Assembly (NCBI GenBank): GCA_964016885.1
Contig: OZ024743.1
Location: 48,794,001 to 48,858,000, forward strand
DNA length: 64,000 nucleotides
Origin: Eledone cirrhosa
Taxonomy: Eukaryota
Direction: 5' to 3'
Below the pieces are notes generated by a model. The model worked only from the letters and a program-made list of their open reading frames with translations. It was not told the DNA's origin and did no database searches. A program made the position numbers and the translations under genes. This document shows, in pieces, positions 40,801 through 54,900 of the stretch (its first letter is position 1; each line of letters starts with the position of its first letter).

Positions 40801-43800
40801 TTCAACATGGCATTGTCCCCCAACTAAGACAACAGTAGTTCTGTGTGTCGTGTTCAACATGGCATTGTCTCCCAACTAAGACAACAGTAGTTCTGTGTGT
40901 TGTGTTCAACATGGCATTGTCCCCCAACTAAGACAACAGTAGTTCTGTGTGTTGTGTTCAACATGGCATTGTCCCCAACTAAGACAACAGTAGCTCTGTA
41001 TGTTGTGTTCAACATGGCATTGTCCCCAACTAAGACAACAGTAGTTCTGTCTGTCGTGTTCAACATGGCATTGTCCCCCAACTAAGACAACATTAGTTCT
41101 GTGTGTTGTGTTCAACATGGCATTGTCCCCTAAGTAAGGCAACAGTAGTTCTGTCTGTTGTGTTCAACATGGCATTGTCCCCCAACTAAGACAACAGTAG
41201 TTCTGTGTGTTGTGTTAAACATGGCATTGTCCCCCAACTAAGACAACAGTAGTTCTGTGTGTTGTGTTCAATATGGCATTGTCCCCCAACTAAGACAACA
41301 GTAGCTCTGTGTGTTGTGTTCAACATGGCATTGTCCCCCAACTAAGACAACAGTAGTTCTGTGTGTTGTGTTCAACATGGCATTGTCCCCCAACTAAGAC
41401 AACAGTAGTTCTATGTGTTGTGTTCAACATGGCATTGTCCCCCAACTAAGACAACAGTAGCTCTGTGTATTGTGTTCAACATGGCATTGTCCCCCAACTA
41501 AGACAACAGTAGTTCTGTGTGTTGTGTTGAACATGGCATTGTCCACCAACTAAGACAACAGTAGTTCTGTGTGTTGTGTTCAACATGGCATTGTCCCCCA
41601 ACTAAGACAACAGTAGTTCTATGTGTTATGTTCAACATGGCATTGTCCCCAATTAAGACAACAGTAGCACTGTGTGTTGTGTTCAACATGGCATTGTCCC
41701 CCAACTAAGACAAGAGTAGCACTGTGTGTTGTGTTCAACATGGCATTGTCCCCCAACTAAGACAACAGTAGCTCTGTGTGTTGTGTTGAACATGACATTG
41801 TCCCCAACTAAGACAACAGTAGCTCTGTGTGTTGTGTTGAACATGGCATTGTCCCCCAACTAAGACAACATTAGTTCTGTGTGTTGTGTTCAACATGGCA
41901 TTGTCCACCAACTCAGACAACAGTAACTATGTGTCTTTTGTTCAACATGGCATTGTCCCCCAACTAAGACAACAGTAGTTCAATGTGTTGTGTTCAACAT
42001 GGCATTGTCCCCCAACTAAGACAACAGTAGTTCTGTGTGTTGTGTTCAACATGGCATTGTCCCCCAACTAAGACAACAGTAGTTCTGTGTGTTGTGTTCA
42101 ACATGGCATTGTCCCCCAACTAAGACAACAGTAGCTCTGTGTGTTGTGTTCAACATGGCATTGTCCCCAACTAAGACAACAGTAGCTCTGTGTGTTGTGT
42201 TCAACATGGCATTGTCCCCAACTAAGACAACAGTAGTTCTGTGTGTTGTGTTCTACATGGCATTGTCCCCCAACTAAGACAACAGTAGCTCTGTGTGTTG
42301 TGTTCAACATGGCATTGTCCCCAACTAAGACAACAGTAGTTCTATATGTTGTGTTCAACATGGCATTGTCCCCAACTAAGACAACAGTAGCTCTGTGTGT
42401 TGTGTTCAACATGGCATTGTCCCCCAACTAAGACAACAGTAGCTCTGTGTGTTGTGTTCAACATGGCATTGTCCCCAACTAAGACAACAGTAGTTCTGTG
42501 TGTTGTGTTCAACATGGCATTGTACCCCAACTAAGACAACAGTAGCTCTGTGTGTTGTGTTCAACATGGCATTGTCCCCAACTAAGACAACAATAGTTCT
42601 ATGTGTTGTGTTCAACATGGCATTGTCCCACAACTACGACAACAGTAGCTCTGTGTGTTGTGTTCAACATGGCATTGTCCCCCAACTAAGACAACAGTAG
42701 CTCTGTGTGTTGTGTTGAACATGGCATTGTCCCCTAACTAAGACAACAGTAGTTCTGTGTGTTGTGTTGAACATGGCATTGTCCCCCAACTAAGACAACA
42801 GTAGTTATATGTGTTGTGTTCAACATGGCATTGTCCCCCAACTAAGACAACAGTAGTTCAATGTGTTGTGTTCAACATGGCATTGTCCCCCAACTAAGAC
42901 AACAGTAGTTCAATGTGTTGTGTTCAACATGGCATTGTCCCCCAACTAAGACAACAGTAGTTCTGTGTGTTGTGTTCAACATGGCATTGTCCACCAACTA
43001 AGACAAAAGTAGTTCTGTGTGTTGTGTTCAACATGGCATTGTCCCCCAAATAAGACAACAGTAGTTCTGTGTGTTGTGTTCAACATGGCATTGTCCCCCA
43101 ACTAAGACAACAGTAGCTCTGTGTGTTGTGTTCAACATGGCATTGTCCCCAACTAAGACAACAGTAGTTCTGTGTGTTGTGTTCTACATGGCATTGTCCC
43201 CCAACTAAGACAACAGTAGCTCTGTGTGTTGTGTTCAACATGGCATTGTCCCCCAACTAAGACAACAGTAGTTCTATGTGTTGTGTTCAACATGGCATTG
43301 TCCCCAACTAAGACAACAGTAGTTCTGTGTGTTGTGTTCAACATGGCATTGTCCCCAACTAAGACAACAGTAGTTCTGTGTGTTGTGTTCAACATGGCAT
43401 TGTCCCCCAACTAAGACAACAGTAGTTCTGTGTGTTGTGTTCAACATGGCATTGTCCCCCAACTAAGACAACAGTAGTTCTGTGTGTTGTGTTCAACATG
43501 GCATTGTTCCGCAACTAAGACAACAGTAGCTCTGTGTGTTGTGTTCAACATGGCATTGTCCCCCACCTAAGACAACAGTAGTTCTATGTGTTGTGTTCAA
43601 CATGGCATTGTCCCCCAACTAAGACAACAGTAGCTCTGTGAGTTGTGTTCAACATGAGATTATCCCCAACAAAGATAACAGTAGTTCTACGTGTTGTGTT
43701 CAACATGGCATTGTCCCCAACTAAGACAACAGTAGCTCTGTGTGTTGTGTTCAACATGGCATTGTCCCCTAACTAAGACAACAGTAGTTCTGTCTGTTGT

Positions 43801-45950
43801 GTTCAACATGGCATTGTCCCCCAACTAAGACAACAGTAGTTCTGTCTGTCGTGTTCAACATGGCATTGTCCCCCAACTAAGACAACATTAGTTCTGTCTG
43901 TTGTGTTCAACATGGCATTGTCCCCTAAGTAAGACAACAGTAGTTCTGTCTGTTGTGTTCAACATGGCATTGTCACCCAACTAAGACAACAGTAGTTCTG
44001 TGTGTCGTGTTCAACATGGCATTGTCCCCCAACTAAGACAACAGTAGTTCTGTGTGTTGTGTTCAACATGGCATTGTCCACCAACTAAGACAACAGTAGT
44101 TCTGTGTATTGTGTTCAACATGGCATTGTCCCCCAAATAAGACAACAGTAGTTCTGTGTGTTGTGTTCAACATGGCATTGTCCCCAACTAAGACAACAGT
44201 AGTTCTGTGTGTTGTGTTCAACATGGCATTGTCCCCCAACTAAAACAACAGCAGCTCTGTGTGTTGTGTTCAACATGGCATTGTCCCCCAACTAAGACAA
44301 CAGTAGCTCTGTGTGTTGTGTTCAACATGGCATTGTCCCCAACTAAGACAACAGTAGTTCTATATGTTGTGTTCAACATGGCATTGTCCCCCAACTAAGA
44401 CAATAGTAGCTCTGTGTCTTGTGTTCAACATGGCATTGTCCCCCAACTAAGACAACAGTAGTTCTATGTGTTGTGTTCAACATGGCATTGTCCCCAACTA
44501 AGACAACAGTAGCTCTGTGTGTTGTGTTCAACATGGCATTGTCCCCAACTAAGACAACAGTAGTTCTGTGTGTCGTGTTCAACATGGCATTGTCCCCCAA
44601 CTAAGACAACAGTAGTTCTGTGTGTTGTGTTCAACATGGCATTGTCCCCCAACTAAGACAACAGTAGCTGTGTGTCTTGTGTTCAACATGGCATTGTCCC
44701 CCAACTAAGACAACAGTAGTTCTGTGTGTTGTGTTAAACCTGGCGTTGTCCCCCAACTAAGACAACAGTAGTTCTGTGTGTTGTGTTCAATATGGCATTG
44801 TCCCCCAACTAAGACAACAGTAGCTCTGTGTGTTGTGTTCAACATGGCATTGTCCCCCAACTAAGACAACAGTAGTTCTGTGTGTTGTGTTCAACATGGC
44901 ATTGTCCCCCAACTAAGACAACAGTAGTTCTATGTGTTGTGTTCAACATGGCATTGTCCCCCAACTAAGACAACAGTAGCTCTGTGTATTGTGTTCAACA
45001 TGGCATTGTCCCCCAACTAAGACAACAGTAGTTCTGTGTGTTGTGTTGAACATGGCATTGTCCACCAACTAAGACAACAGTAGTTCTGTGTGTTGTGTTC
45101 AACATGGCATTGTCCCCAACTAAGACAACAGTAGTTCTGTGTGTTGTGTTCTACATGGCATTGTCCCCCAACTAAGACAACAGTAGCTCTGTGTGTTGTG
45201 TTCAACATGGCATTGTCCCCAACTAAGACAACAGTAGCTCTGTGTGTTGTGTTCAACATGGCATTGTCCCCCAACTAAGACAACAGTAGCTCTGTGTGTT
45301 GTGTTGAACATGACATTGTCCCCAACTAAGACAACAGTAGCTCTGTGTGTTGTGTTGAACATGGCATTGTCCCCCAACTAAGACAACATTAGTTCTGTGT
45401 GTTGTGTTCAACATGGCATTGTCCCCCAACTCAGACAACAGTAACTCTGTGTCTTTTGTTCAACATGGCATTGTCCCCCAACTAAGACAACAGTAGTTCA
45501 ATGTGTTGTGTTCAACATGGCATTGTCCCCCAACTAAGACAACAGTAGTTCTGTGTGTTGTGTTCAACATGGCATTGTCCACCAACTAAGACAACAGTAG
45601 TTCTGTGTGTTGTGTTCAACATGGCATTGTCCCCCAACTAAGACAACAGTAGTTCTGTGTGTTGTGTTCAACATGGCATTGTCCCCCAACTAAGACAACA
45701 GTAGTTCTGTGTGTTGTGTTCAACATGGCATTGTCCCCCAACTAAGACAACAGTAGCTCTGTGTGTTGTGTTCAACATGGCATTGTCCCCAACTAAGACA
45801 ACAGTAGTTCTGTGTGTTGTGTTCAACATGGCATTGTACCCCAACTAAGACAACAGTAGCTCTGTGTGTTGTGTTCAACATGGCATTGTCCCCAACTAAG
45901 ACAACAATAGTTCTATGTGTTGTGTTCAACATGGCATTGTCCCACAACTA
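34810..45950. repeat. 5,589-bp (~108-monomer) tandem HOR pair
   Basis: Marker ctaagtcaac lies at 34821/40410. ORF pairs 35046/40635, 35909/41498, 36509/42098, 37564/43153, 38618/44207 and 40131/45720 are all offset 5,589. Confidence 0.92.
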
Positions 45951-48900
45951 CGACAACAGTAGCTCTGTGTGTTGTGTTCAACATGGCATTGTCCCCCAAC
46001 TAAGACAACAGTAGCTCTGTGTGTTGTGTTGAACATGGCATTGTCCCCTAACTAAGACAACAGTAGTTCTGTGTGTTGTGTTGAACATGGCATTGTCCCC
46101 CAACTAAGACAACAGTAGTTATATGTGTTGTGTTCAACATGGCATTGTCCCCCAACTCAGACAACAGTAGCTCTGTGTCTTGTGTTCAACATGGCATTGT
46201 CCCCCAACTAAGACAACAGTAGTTCAATGTGTTGTGTTCAACATGGCATTGTCCCCCAACTAAGACAACAGTAGTTCTGTGTGTTGTGTTCAACATGGCA
46301 TTGTCCACCAACTAAGACAAAAGTAGTTCTGTGTGTTGTGTTCAACATGGCATTGTCCCCCAAATAAGACAACAGTAGTTCTGTGTGTTGTGTTCAACAT
46401 GGCATTGTCCCCCAACTAAGACAACAGTAGCTCTGTGTGTTGTGTTCAACATGGCATTGTCCCCAACTAAGACAACAGTAGTTCTGTGTGTTGTGTTCTA
46501 CATGGCATTGTCCCCCAACTAAGACAACAGTAGCTCTGTGTGTTGTGTTCAACATGGCATTGTCCCCCAACTAAGACAACAGTAGTTCTATGTGTTGTGT
46601 TCAACATGGCATTGTCCCCAACTAAGACAACAGTAGTTCTGTGTGTTGTGTTCAACATGGCATTGTCCCCAACTAAGACAACAGTAGTTCTGTGTGTTGT
46701 GTTCAACATGGCATTGTCCCCCAACTAAGACAACAGTAGTTCTGTGTGTTGTGTTCAACATGGCATTGTCCCCCAACTAAGACAACAGTAGTTCTGTGTG
46801 TTGTGTTCAACATGGCATTGTTCCGCAACTAAGACAACAGTAGCTCTGTGTGTTGTGTTCAACATGGCATTGTCCCCCACCTAAGACAACAGTAGTTCTA
46901 TGTGTTGTGTTCAACATGGCATTGTCCCCCAACTAAGACAACAGTAGCTCTGTGAGTTGTGTTCAACATGAGATTGTCCCCAACAAAGATAACAGTAGTT
47001 CTACGTGTTGTGTTCAACATGGCATTGTCCCCAACTAAGACAACAGTAGCTCTGTGTGTTGTGTTCAACATGGCATTGTCCCCTAACTAAGACAACAGTA
47101 GTTCTGTCTGTTGTGTTCAACATGGCATTGTCCCCCAACTAAGACAACAGTAGTTCTGTCTGTCGTGTTCAACATGGCATTGTCCCCCAACTAAGACAAC
47201 ATTAGTTCTGTCTGTTGTGTTCAACATGGCATTGTCCCCTAAGTAAGACAACAGTAGTTCTGTCTGTTGTGTTCAACATGGCATTGTCACCCAACTAAGA
47301 CAACAGTAGTTCTGTGTGTCGTGTTCAACATGGCATTGTCCCCCAACTAAGACAACAGTAGTTCTGTGTGTTGTGTTCAACATGGCATTGTCCACCAACT
47401 AAGACAACAGTAGTTCTGTGTATTGTGTTCAACATGGCATTGTCCCCCAAATAAGACAACAGTAGTTCTGTGTGTTGTGTTCAACATGGCATTGTCCCCA
47501 ACTAAGACAACAGTAGTTCTGTGTGTTGTGTTCAACATGGCATTGTCCCCCAACTAAAACAACAGCAGCTCTGTGTGTTGTGTTCAACATGGCATTGTCC
47601 CCCAACTAAGACAACAGTAGCTCTGTGTGTTGTGTTCAACATGGCATTGTCCCCAACTAAGACAACAGTAGTTCTATATGTTGTGTTCAACATGGCATTG
47701 TCCCCCAACTAAGACAATAGTAGCTCTGTGTCTTGTGTTCAACATGGCATTGTCCCCCAACTAAGACAACAGTAGTGCTATGTGTTGTGTTCAACAGGGC
47801 ATTGTCCCCAACTAAGACAACAGTAGCTCTGTGTGTTGTGTTCAACATGGCATTGTCCCCAACTAAGACAACAGTAGTTCTGTGTGTCGTGTTCAACATG
47901 GCATTGTCCCCCAACTAAGACAACAGTAGTTCTGTGTGTTGTGTTCAACATGGCATTGTCCCCCAACTAAGACAACAGTAGCTGTGTGTCTTGTGTTCAA
48001 CATGGCATTGTCCCCCAACTAAGACAACAGTAGTTCTGTGTGTTGTGTTAAACCTGGCGTTGTCCCCCAACTAAGACAACAGTAGTTCTGTGTGTTGTGT
48101 TCAATATGGCATTGTCCCCCAACTAAGACAACAGTAGCTCTGTGTGTTGTGTTCAACATGGCATTGTCCCCCAACTAAGACAACAGTAGTTCTGTGTGTT
48201 GTGTTCAACATGGCATTGTCCCCCAACTAAGACAACAGTAGTTCTATGTGTTGTGTTCAACATGGCATTGTCCCCCAACTAAGACAACAGTAGCTCTGTG
48301 TATTGTGTTCAACATGGCATTGTCCCCCAACTAAGACAACAGTAGTTCTGTGTGTTGTGTTGAACATGGCATTGTCCACCAACTAAGACAACAGTAGTTC
48401 TGTGTGTTGTGTTCAACATGGCATTGTCCCCAACTAAGACAACAGTAGTTCTGTGTGTTGTGTTCTACATGGCATTGTCCCCCAACTAAGACAACAGTAG
48501 CTCTGTGTGTTGTGTTCAACATGGCATTGTCCCCAACTAAGACAACAGTAGCTCTGTGTGTTGTGTTCAACATGACATTGTCCCCCAACTAAGACAACAG
48601 TAGCTCTGTGTGTTGTGTTGAACATGACATTGTCCCCAACTAAGACAACAGTAGTTCTGTGTGTTGTGTTCAACATGGCATTGTCCCCCAACTAAGACAA
48701 CAGTAGTTCTATGTGTTGTGTTCAACATGGCATTGTCCCCCAACTAAGACAACAGTAGCTCTGTGTATTGTGTTCAACATGGCATTGTCCCCCAACTAAG
48801 ACAACAGTAGTTCTGTGTGTTGTGTTGAACATGGCATTGTCCACCAACTAAGACAACAGTAGTTCTGTGTGTTGTGTTCAACATGGCATTGTCCCCAACT

Positions 48901-51900
48901 AAGACAACAGTAGTTCTGTGTGTTGTGTTCTACATGGCATTGTCCCCCAACTAAGACAACAGTAGCTCTGTGTGTTGTGTTCAACATGGCATTGTCCCCA
49001 ACTAAGACAACAGTAGCTCTGTGTGTTGTGTTCAACATGGCATTGTCCCCCAACTAAGACAACAGTAGCTCTGTGTGTTGTGTTGAACATGACATTGTCC
49101 CCAACTAAGACAACAGTAGCTCTGTGTGTTGTGTTGAACATGGCATTGTCCCCCAACTAAGACAACATTAGTTCTGTGTGTTGTGTTCAACATGGCATTG
49201 TCCCCCAACTCAGACAACAGTAACTCTGTGTCTTTTGTTCAACATGGCATTGTCCCCCAACTAAGACAACAGTAGTTCAATGTGTTGTGTTCAACATGGC
49301 ATTGTCCCCCAACTAAGACAACAGTAGTTCTGTGTGTTGTGTTCAACATGGCATTGTCCACCAACTAAGACAACAGTAGTTCTGTGTGTTGTGTTCAACA
49401 TGGCATTGTCCCCCAACTAAGACAACAGTAGTTCTGTGTGTTGTGTTCAACATGGCATTGTCCCCCAACTAAGACAACAGTAGTTCTGTGTGTTGTGTTC
49501 AACATGGCATTGTCCCCCAACTAAGACAACAGTAGCTCTGTGTGTTGTGTTCAACATGGCATTGTCCCCAACTAAGACAACAGTAGTTCTGTGTGTTGTG
49601 TTCAACATGGCATTGTACCCCAACTAAGACAACAGTAGCTCTGTGTGTTGTGTTCAACATGGCATTGTCCCCAACTAAGACAACAATAGTTCTATGTGTT
49701 GTGTTCAACATGGCATTGTCCCACAACTACGACAACAGTAGCTCTGTGTGTTGTGTTCAACATGGCATTGTCCCCCAACTAAGACAACAGTAGCTCTGTG
49801 TGTTGTGTTGAACATGGCATTGTCCCCTAACTAAGACAACAGTAGTTCTGTGTGTTGTGTTGAACATGGCATTGTCCCCCAACTAAGACAACAGTAGTTA
49901 TATGTGTTGTGTTCAACATGGCATTGTCCCCCAACTCAGACAACAGTAGCTCTGTGTCTTGTGTTCAACATGGCATTGTCCCCCAACTAAGACAACAGTA
50001 GTTCAATGTGTTGTGTTCAACATGGCATTGTCCCCCAACTAAGACAACAGTAGTTCTGTGTGTTGTGTTCAACATGGCATTGTCCACCAACTAAGACAAA
50101 AGTAGTTCTGTGTGTTGTGTTCAACATGGCATTGTCCCCCAAATAAGACAACAGTAGTTCTGTGTGTTGTGTTCAACATGGCATTGTCCCCCAACTAAGA
50201 CAACAGTAGCTCTGTGTGTTGTGTTCAACATGGCATTGTCCCCAACTAAGACAACAGTAGTTCTGTGTGTTGTGTTCTACATGGCATTGTCCCCCAACTA
50301 AGACAACAGTAGCTCTGTGTGTTGTGTTCAACATGGCATTGTCCCCCAACTAAGACAACAGTAGTTCTATGTGTTGTGTTCAACATGGCATTGTCCCCAA
50401 CTAAGACAACAGTAGTTCTGTGTGTTGTGTTCAACATGGCATTGTCCCCAACTAAGACAACAGTAGTTCTGTGTGTTGTGTTCAACATGGCATTGTCCCC
50501 CAACTAAGACAACAGTAGTTCTGTGTGTTGTGTTCAACATGGCATTGTCCCCCAACTAAGACAACAGTAGTTCTGTGTGTTGTGTTCAACATGGCATTGT
50601 TCCGCAACTAAGACAACAGTAGCTCTGTGTGTTGTGTTCAACATGGCATTGTCCCCCACCTAAGACAACAGTAGTTCTATGTGTTGTGTTCAACATGGCA
50701 TTGTCCCCCAACTAAGACAACAGTAGCTCTGTGAGTTGTGTTCAACATGAGATTGTCCCCAACAAAGATAACAGTAGTTCTACGTGTTGTGTTCAACATG
50801 GGATTGTCCCCAACTAAGACAACAGTAGCTCTGTGTGTTGTGTTCAACATGGCATTGTCCCCTAACTAAGACAACAGTAGTTCTGTCTGTTGTGTTCAAC
50901 ATGGCATTGTCCCCCAACTAAGACAACAGTAGTTCTGTCTGTCGTGTTCAACATGGCATTGTCCCCCAACTAAGACAACATTAGTTCTGTCTGTTGTGTT
51001 CAACATGGCATTGTCCCCTAAGTAAGACAACAGTAGTTCTGTCTGTTGTGTTCAACATGGCATTGTCACCCAACTAAGACAACAGTAGTTCTGTGTGTCG
51101 TGTTCAACATGGCATTGTCCCCCAACTAAGACAACAGTAGTTCTGTGTGTTGTGTTCAACATGGCATTGTCCACCAACTAAGACAACAGTAGTTCTGTGT
51201 ATTGTGTTCAACATGGCATTGTCCCCCAAATAAGACAACAGTAGTTCTGTGTGTTGTGTTCAACATGGCATTGTCCCCAACTAAGACAACAGTAGTTCTG
51301 TGTGTTGTGTTCAACATGGCATTGTCCCCCAACTAAAACAACAGCAGCTCTGTGTGTTGTGTTCAACATGGCATTGTCCCCCAACTAAGACAACAGTAGC
51401 TCTGTGTGTTGTGTTCAACATGGCATTGTCCCCAACTAAGACAACAGTAGTTCTATATGTTGTGTTCAACATGGCATTGTCCCCCAACTAAGACAATAGT
51501 AGCTCTGTGTCTTGTGTTCAACATGGCATTGTCCCCCAACTAAGACAACAGTAGTGCTATGTGTTGTGTTCAACAGGGCATTGTCCCCAACTAAGACAAC
51601 AGTAGCTCTGTGTGTTGTGTTCAACATGGCATTGTCCCCAACTAAGACAACAGTAGTTCTGTGTGTCGTGTTCAACATGGCATTGTCCCCCAACTAAGAC
51701 AACAGTAGTTCTGTGTGTTGTGTTCAACATGGCATTGTCCCCCAACTAAGACAACAGTAGCTGTGTGTCTTGTGTTCAACATGGCATTGTCCCCCAACTA
51801 AGACAACAGTAGTTCTGTGTGTTGTGTTAAACCTGGCGTTGTCCCCCAACTAAGACAACAGTAGTTCTGTGTGTTGTGTTCAATATGGCATTGTCCCCCA

Positions 51901-54900
51901 ACTAAGACAACAGTAGCTCTGTGTGTTGTGTTCAACATGGCATTGTCCCCCAACTAAGACAACAGTAGTTCTGTGTGTTGTGTTCAACATGGCATTGTCC
52001 CCCAACTAAGACAACAGTAGTTCTATGTGTTGTGTTCAACATGGCATTGTCCCCCAACTAAGACAACAGTAGCTCTGTGTATTGTGTTCAACATGGCATT
52101 GTCCCCCAACTAAGACAACAGTAGTTCTGTGTGTTGTGTTGAACATGGCATTGTCCACCAACTAAGACAACAGTAGTTCTGTGTGTTGTGTTCAACATGG
52201 CATTGTCCCCAACTAAGACAACAGTAGTTCTGTGTGTTGTGTTCTACATGGCATTGTCCCCCAACTAAGACAACAGTAGCTCTGTGTGTTGTGTTCAACA
52301 TGGCATTGTCCCCAACTAAGACAACAGTAGCTCTGTGTGTTGTGTTCAACATGACATTGTCCCCCAACTAAGACAACAGTAGCTCTGTGTGTTGTGTTGA
52401 ACATGACATTGTCCCCAACTAAGACAACAGTAGTTCTGTGTGTTGTGTTCAACATGGCATTGTCCCCCAACTAAGACAACAGTAGTTCTATGTGTTGTGT
52501 TCAACATGGCATTGTCCCCCAACTAAGACAACAGTAGCTCTGTGTATTGTGTTCAACATGGCATTGTCCCCCAACTAAGACAACAGTAGTTCTGTGTGTT
52601 GTGTTGAACATGGCATTGTCCACCAACTAAGACAACAGTAGTTCTGTGTGTTGTGTTCAACATGGCATTGTCCCCAACTAAGACAACAGTAGTTCTGTGT
52701 GTTGTGTTCTACATGGCATTGTCCCCCAACTAAGACAACAGTAGCTCTGTGTGTTGTGTTCAACATGGCATTGTCCCCAACTAAGACAACAGTAGCTCTG
52801 TGTGTTGTGTTCAACATGGCATTGTCCCCCAACTAAGACAACAGTAGCTCTGTGTGTTGTGTTGAACATGACATTGTCCCCAACTAAGACAACAGTAGCT
52901 CTGTGTGTTGTGTTGAACATGGCATTGTCCCCCAACTAAGACAACATTAGTTCTGTGTGTTGTGTTCAACATGGCATTGTCCCCCAACTCAGACAACAGT
53001 AACTCTGTGTCTTTTGTTCAACATGGCATTGTCCCCCAACTAAGACAACAGTAGTTCAATGTGTTGTGTTCAACATGGCATTGTCCCCCAACTAAGACAA
53101 CAGTAGTTCTGTGTGTTGTGTTCAACATGGCATTGTCCACCAACTAAGACAACAGTAGTTCTGTGTGTTGTGTTCAACATGGCATTGTCCCCCAACTAAG
53201 ACAACAGTAGTTCTGTGTGTTGTGTTCAACATGGCATTGTCCCCCAACTAAGACAACAGTAGTTCTGTGTGTTGTGTTCAACATGGCATTGTCCCCCAAC
53301 TAAGACAACAGTAGCTCTGTGTGTTGTGTTCAACATGGCATTGTCCCCAACTAAGACAACAGTAGTTCTGTGTGTTGTGTTCAACATGGCATTGTACCCC
53401 AACTAAGACAACAGTAGCTCTGTGTGTTGTGTTCAACATGGCATTGTCCCCAACTAAGACAACAATAGTTCTATGTGTTGTGTTCAACATGGCATTGTCC
53501 CACAACTACGACAACAGTAGCTCTGTGTGTTGTGTTCAACATGGCATTGTCCCCCAACTAAGACAACAGTAGCTCTGTGTGTTGTGTTGAACATGGCATT
53601 GTCCCCTAACTAAGACAACAGTAGTTCTGTGTGTTGTGTTGAACATGGCATTGTCCCCCAACTAAGACAACAGTAGTTATATGTGTTGTGTTCAACATGG
53701 CATTGTCCCCCAACTCAGACAACAGTAGCTCTGTGTCTTGTGTTCAACATGGCATTGTCCCCCAACTAAGACAACAGTAGTTCAATGTGTTGTGTTCAAC
53801 ATGGCATTGTCCCCCAACTAAGACAACAGTAGTTCTGTGTGTTGTGTTCAACATGGCATTGTCCACCAACTAAGACAAAAGTAGTTCTGTGTGTTGTGTT
53901 CAACATGGCATTGTCCCCCAAATAAGACAACAGTAGTTCTGTGTGTTGTGTTCAACATGGCATTGTCCCCCAACTAAGACAACAGTAGCTCTGTGTGTTG
54001 TGTTCAACATGGCATTGTCCCCAACTAAGACAACAGTAGTTCTGTGTGTTGTGTTCTACATGGCATTGTCCCCCAACTAAGACAACAGTAGCTCTGTGTG
54101 TTGTGTTCAACATGGCATTGTCCCCCAACTAAGACAACAGTAGTTCTATGTGTTGTGTTCAACATGGCATTGTCCCCAACTAAGACAACAGTAGTTCTGT
54201 GTGTTGTGTTCAACATGGCATTGTCCCCAACTAAGACAACAGTAGTTCTGTGTGTTGTGTTCAACATGGCATTGTCCCCCAACTAAGACAACAGTAGTTC
54301 TGTGTGTTGTGTTCAACATGGCATTGTCCCCCAACTAAGACAACAGTAGTTCTGTGTGTTGTGTTCAACATGGCATTGTTCCGCAACTAAGACAACAGTA
54401 GCTCTGTGTGTTGTGTTCAACATGGCATTGTCCCCCACCTAAGACAACAGTAGTTCTATCTGTTGTGTTCAACATGGCATTGTCCCCCAACTAAGACAAC
54501 AGTAGCTCTGTGAGTTGTGTTCAACATGAGATTGTCCCCAACAAAGATAACAGTAGTTCTACGTGTTGTGTTCAACATGGCATTGTCCCCAACTAAGACA
54601 ACAGTAGCTCTGTGTGTTGTGTTCAACATGGCATTGTCCCCTAACTAAGACAACAGTAGTTCTGTCTGTTGTGTTCAACATGGCATTGTCCCCCAACTAA
54701 GACAACAGTAGTTCTGTCTGTCGTGTTCAACATGGCATTGTCCCCCAACTAAGACAACATTAGTTCTGTCTGTTGTGTTCAACATGGCATTGTCCCCTAA
54801 GTAAGACAACAGTAGTTCTGTCTGTTGTGTTCAACATGGCATTGTCACCCAACTAAGACAACAGTAGTTCTGTGTGTCGTGTTCAACATGGCATTGTCCC

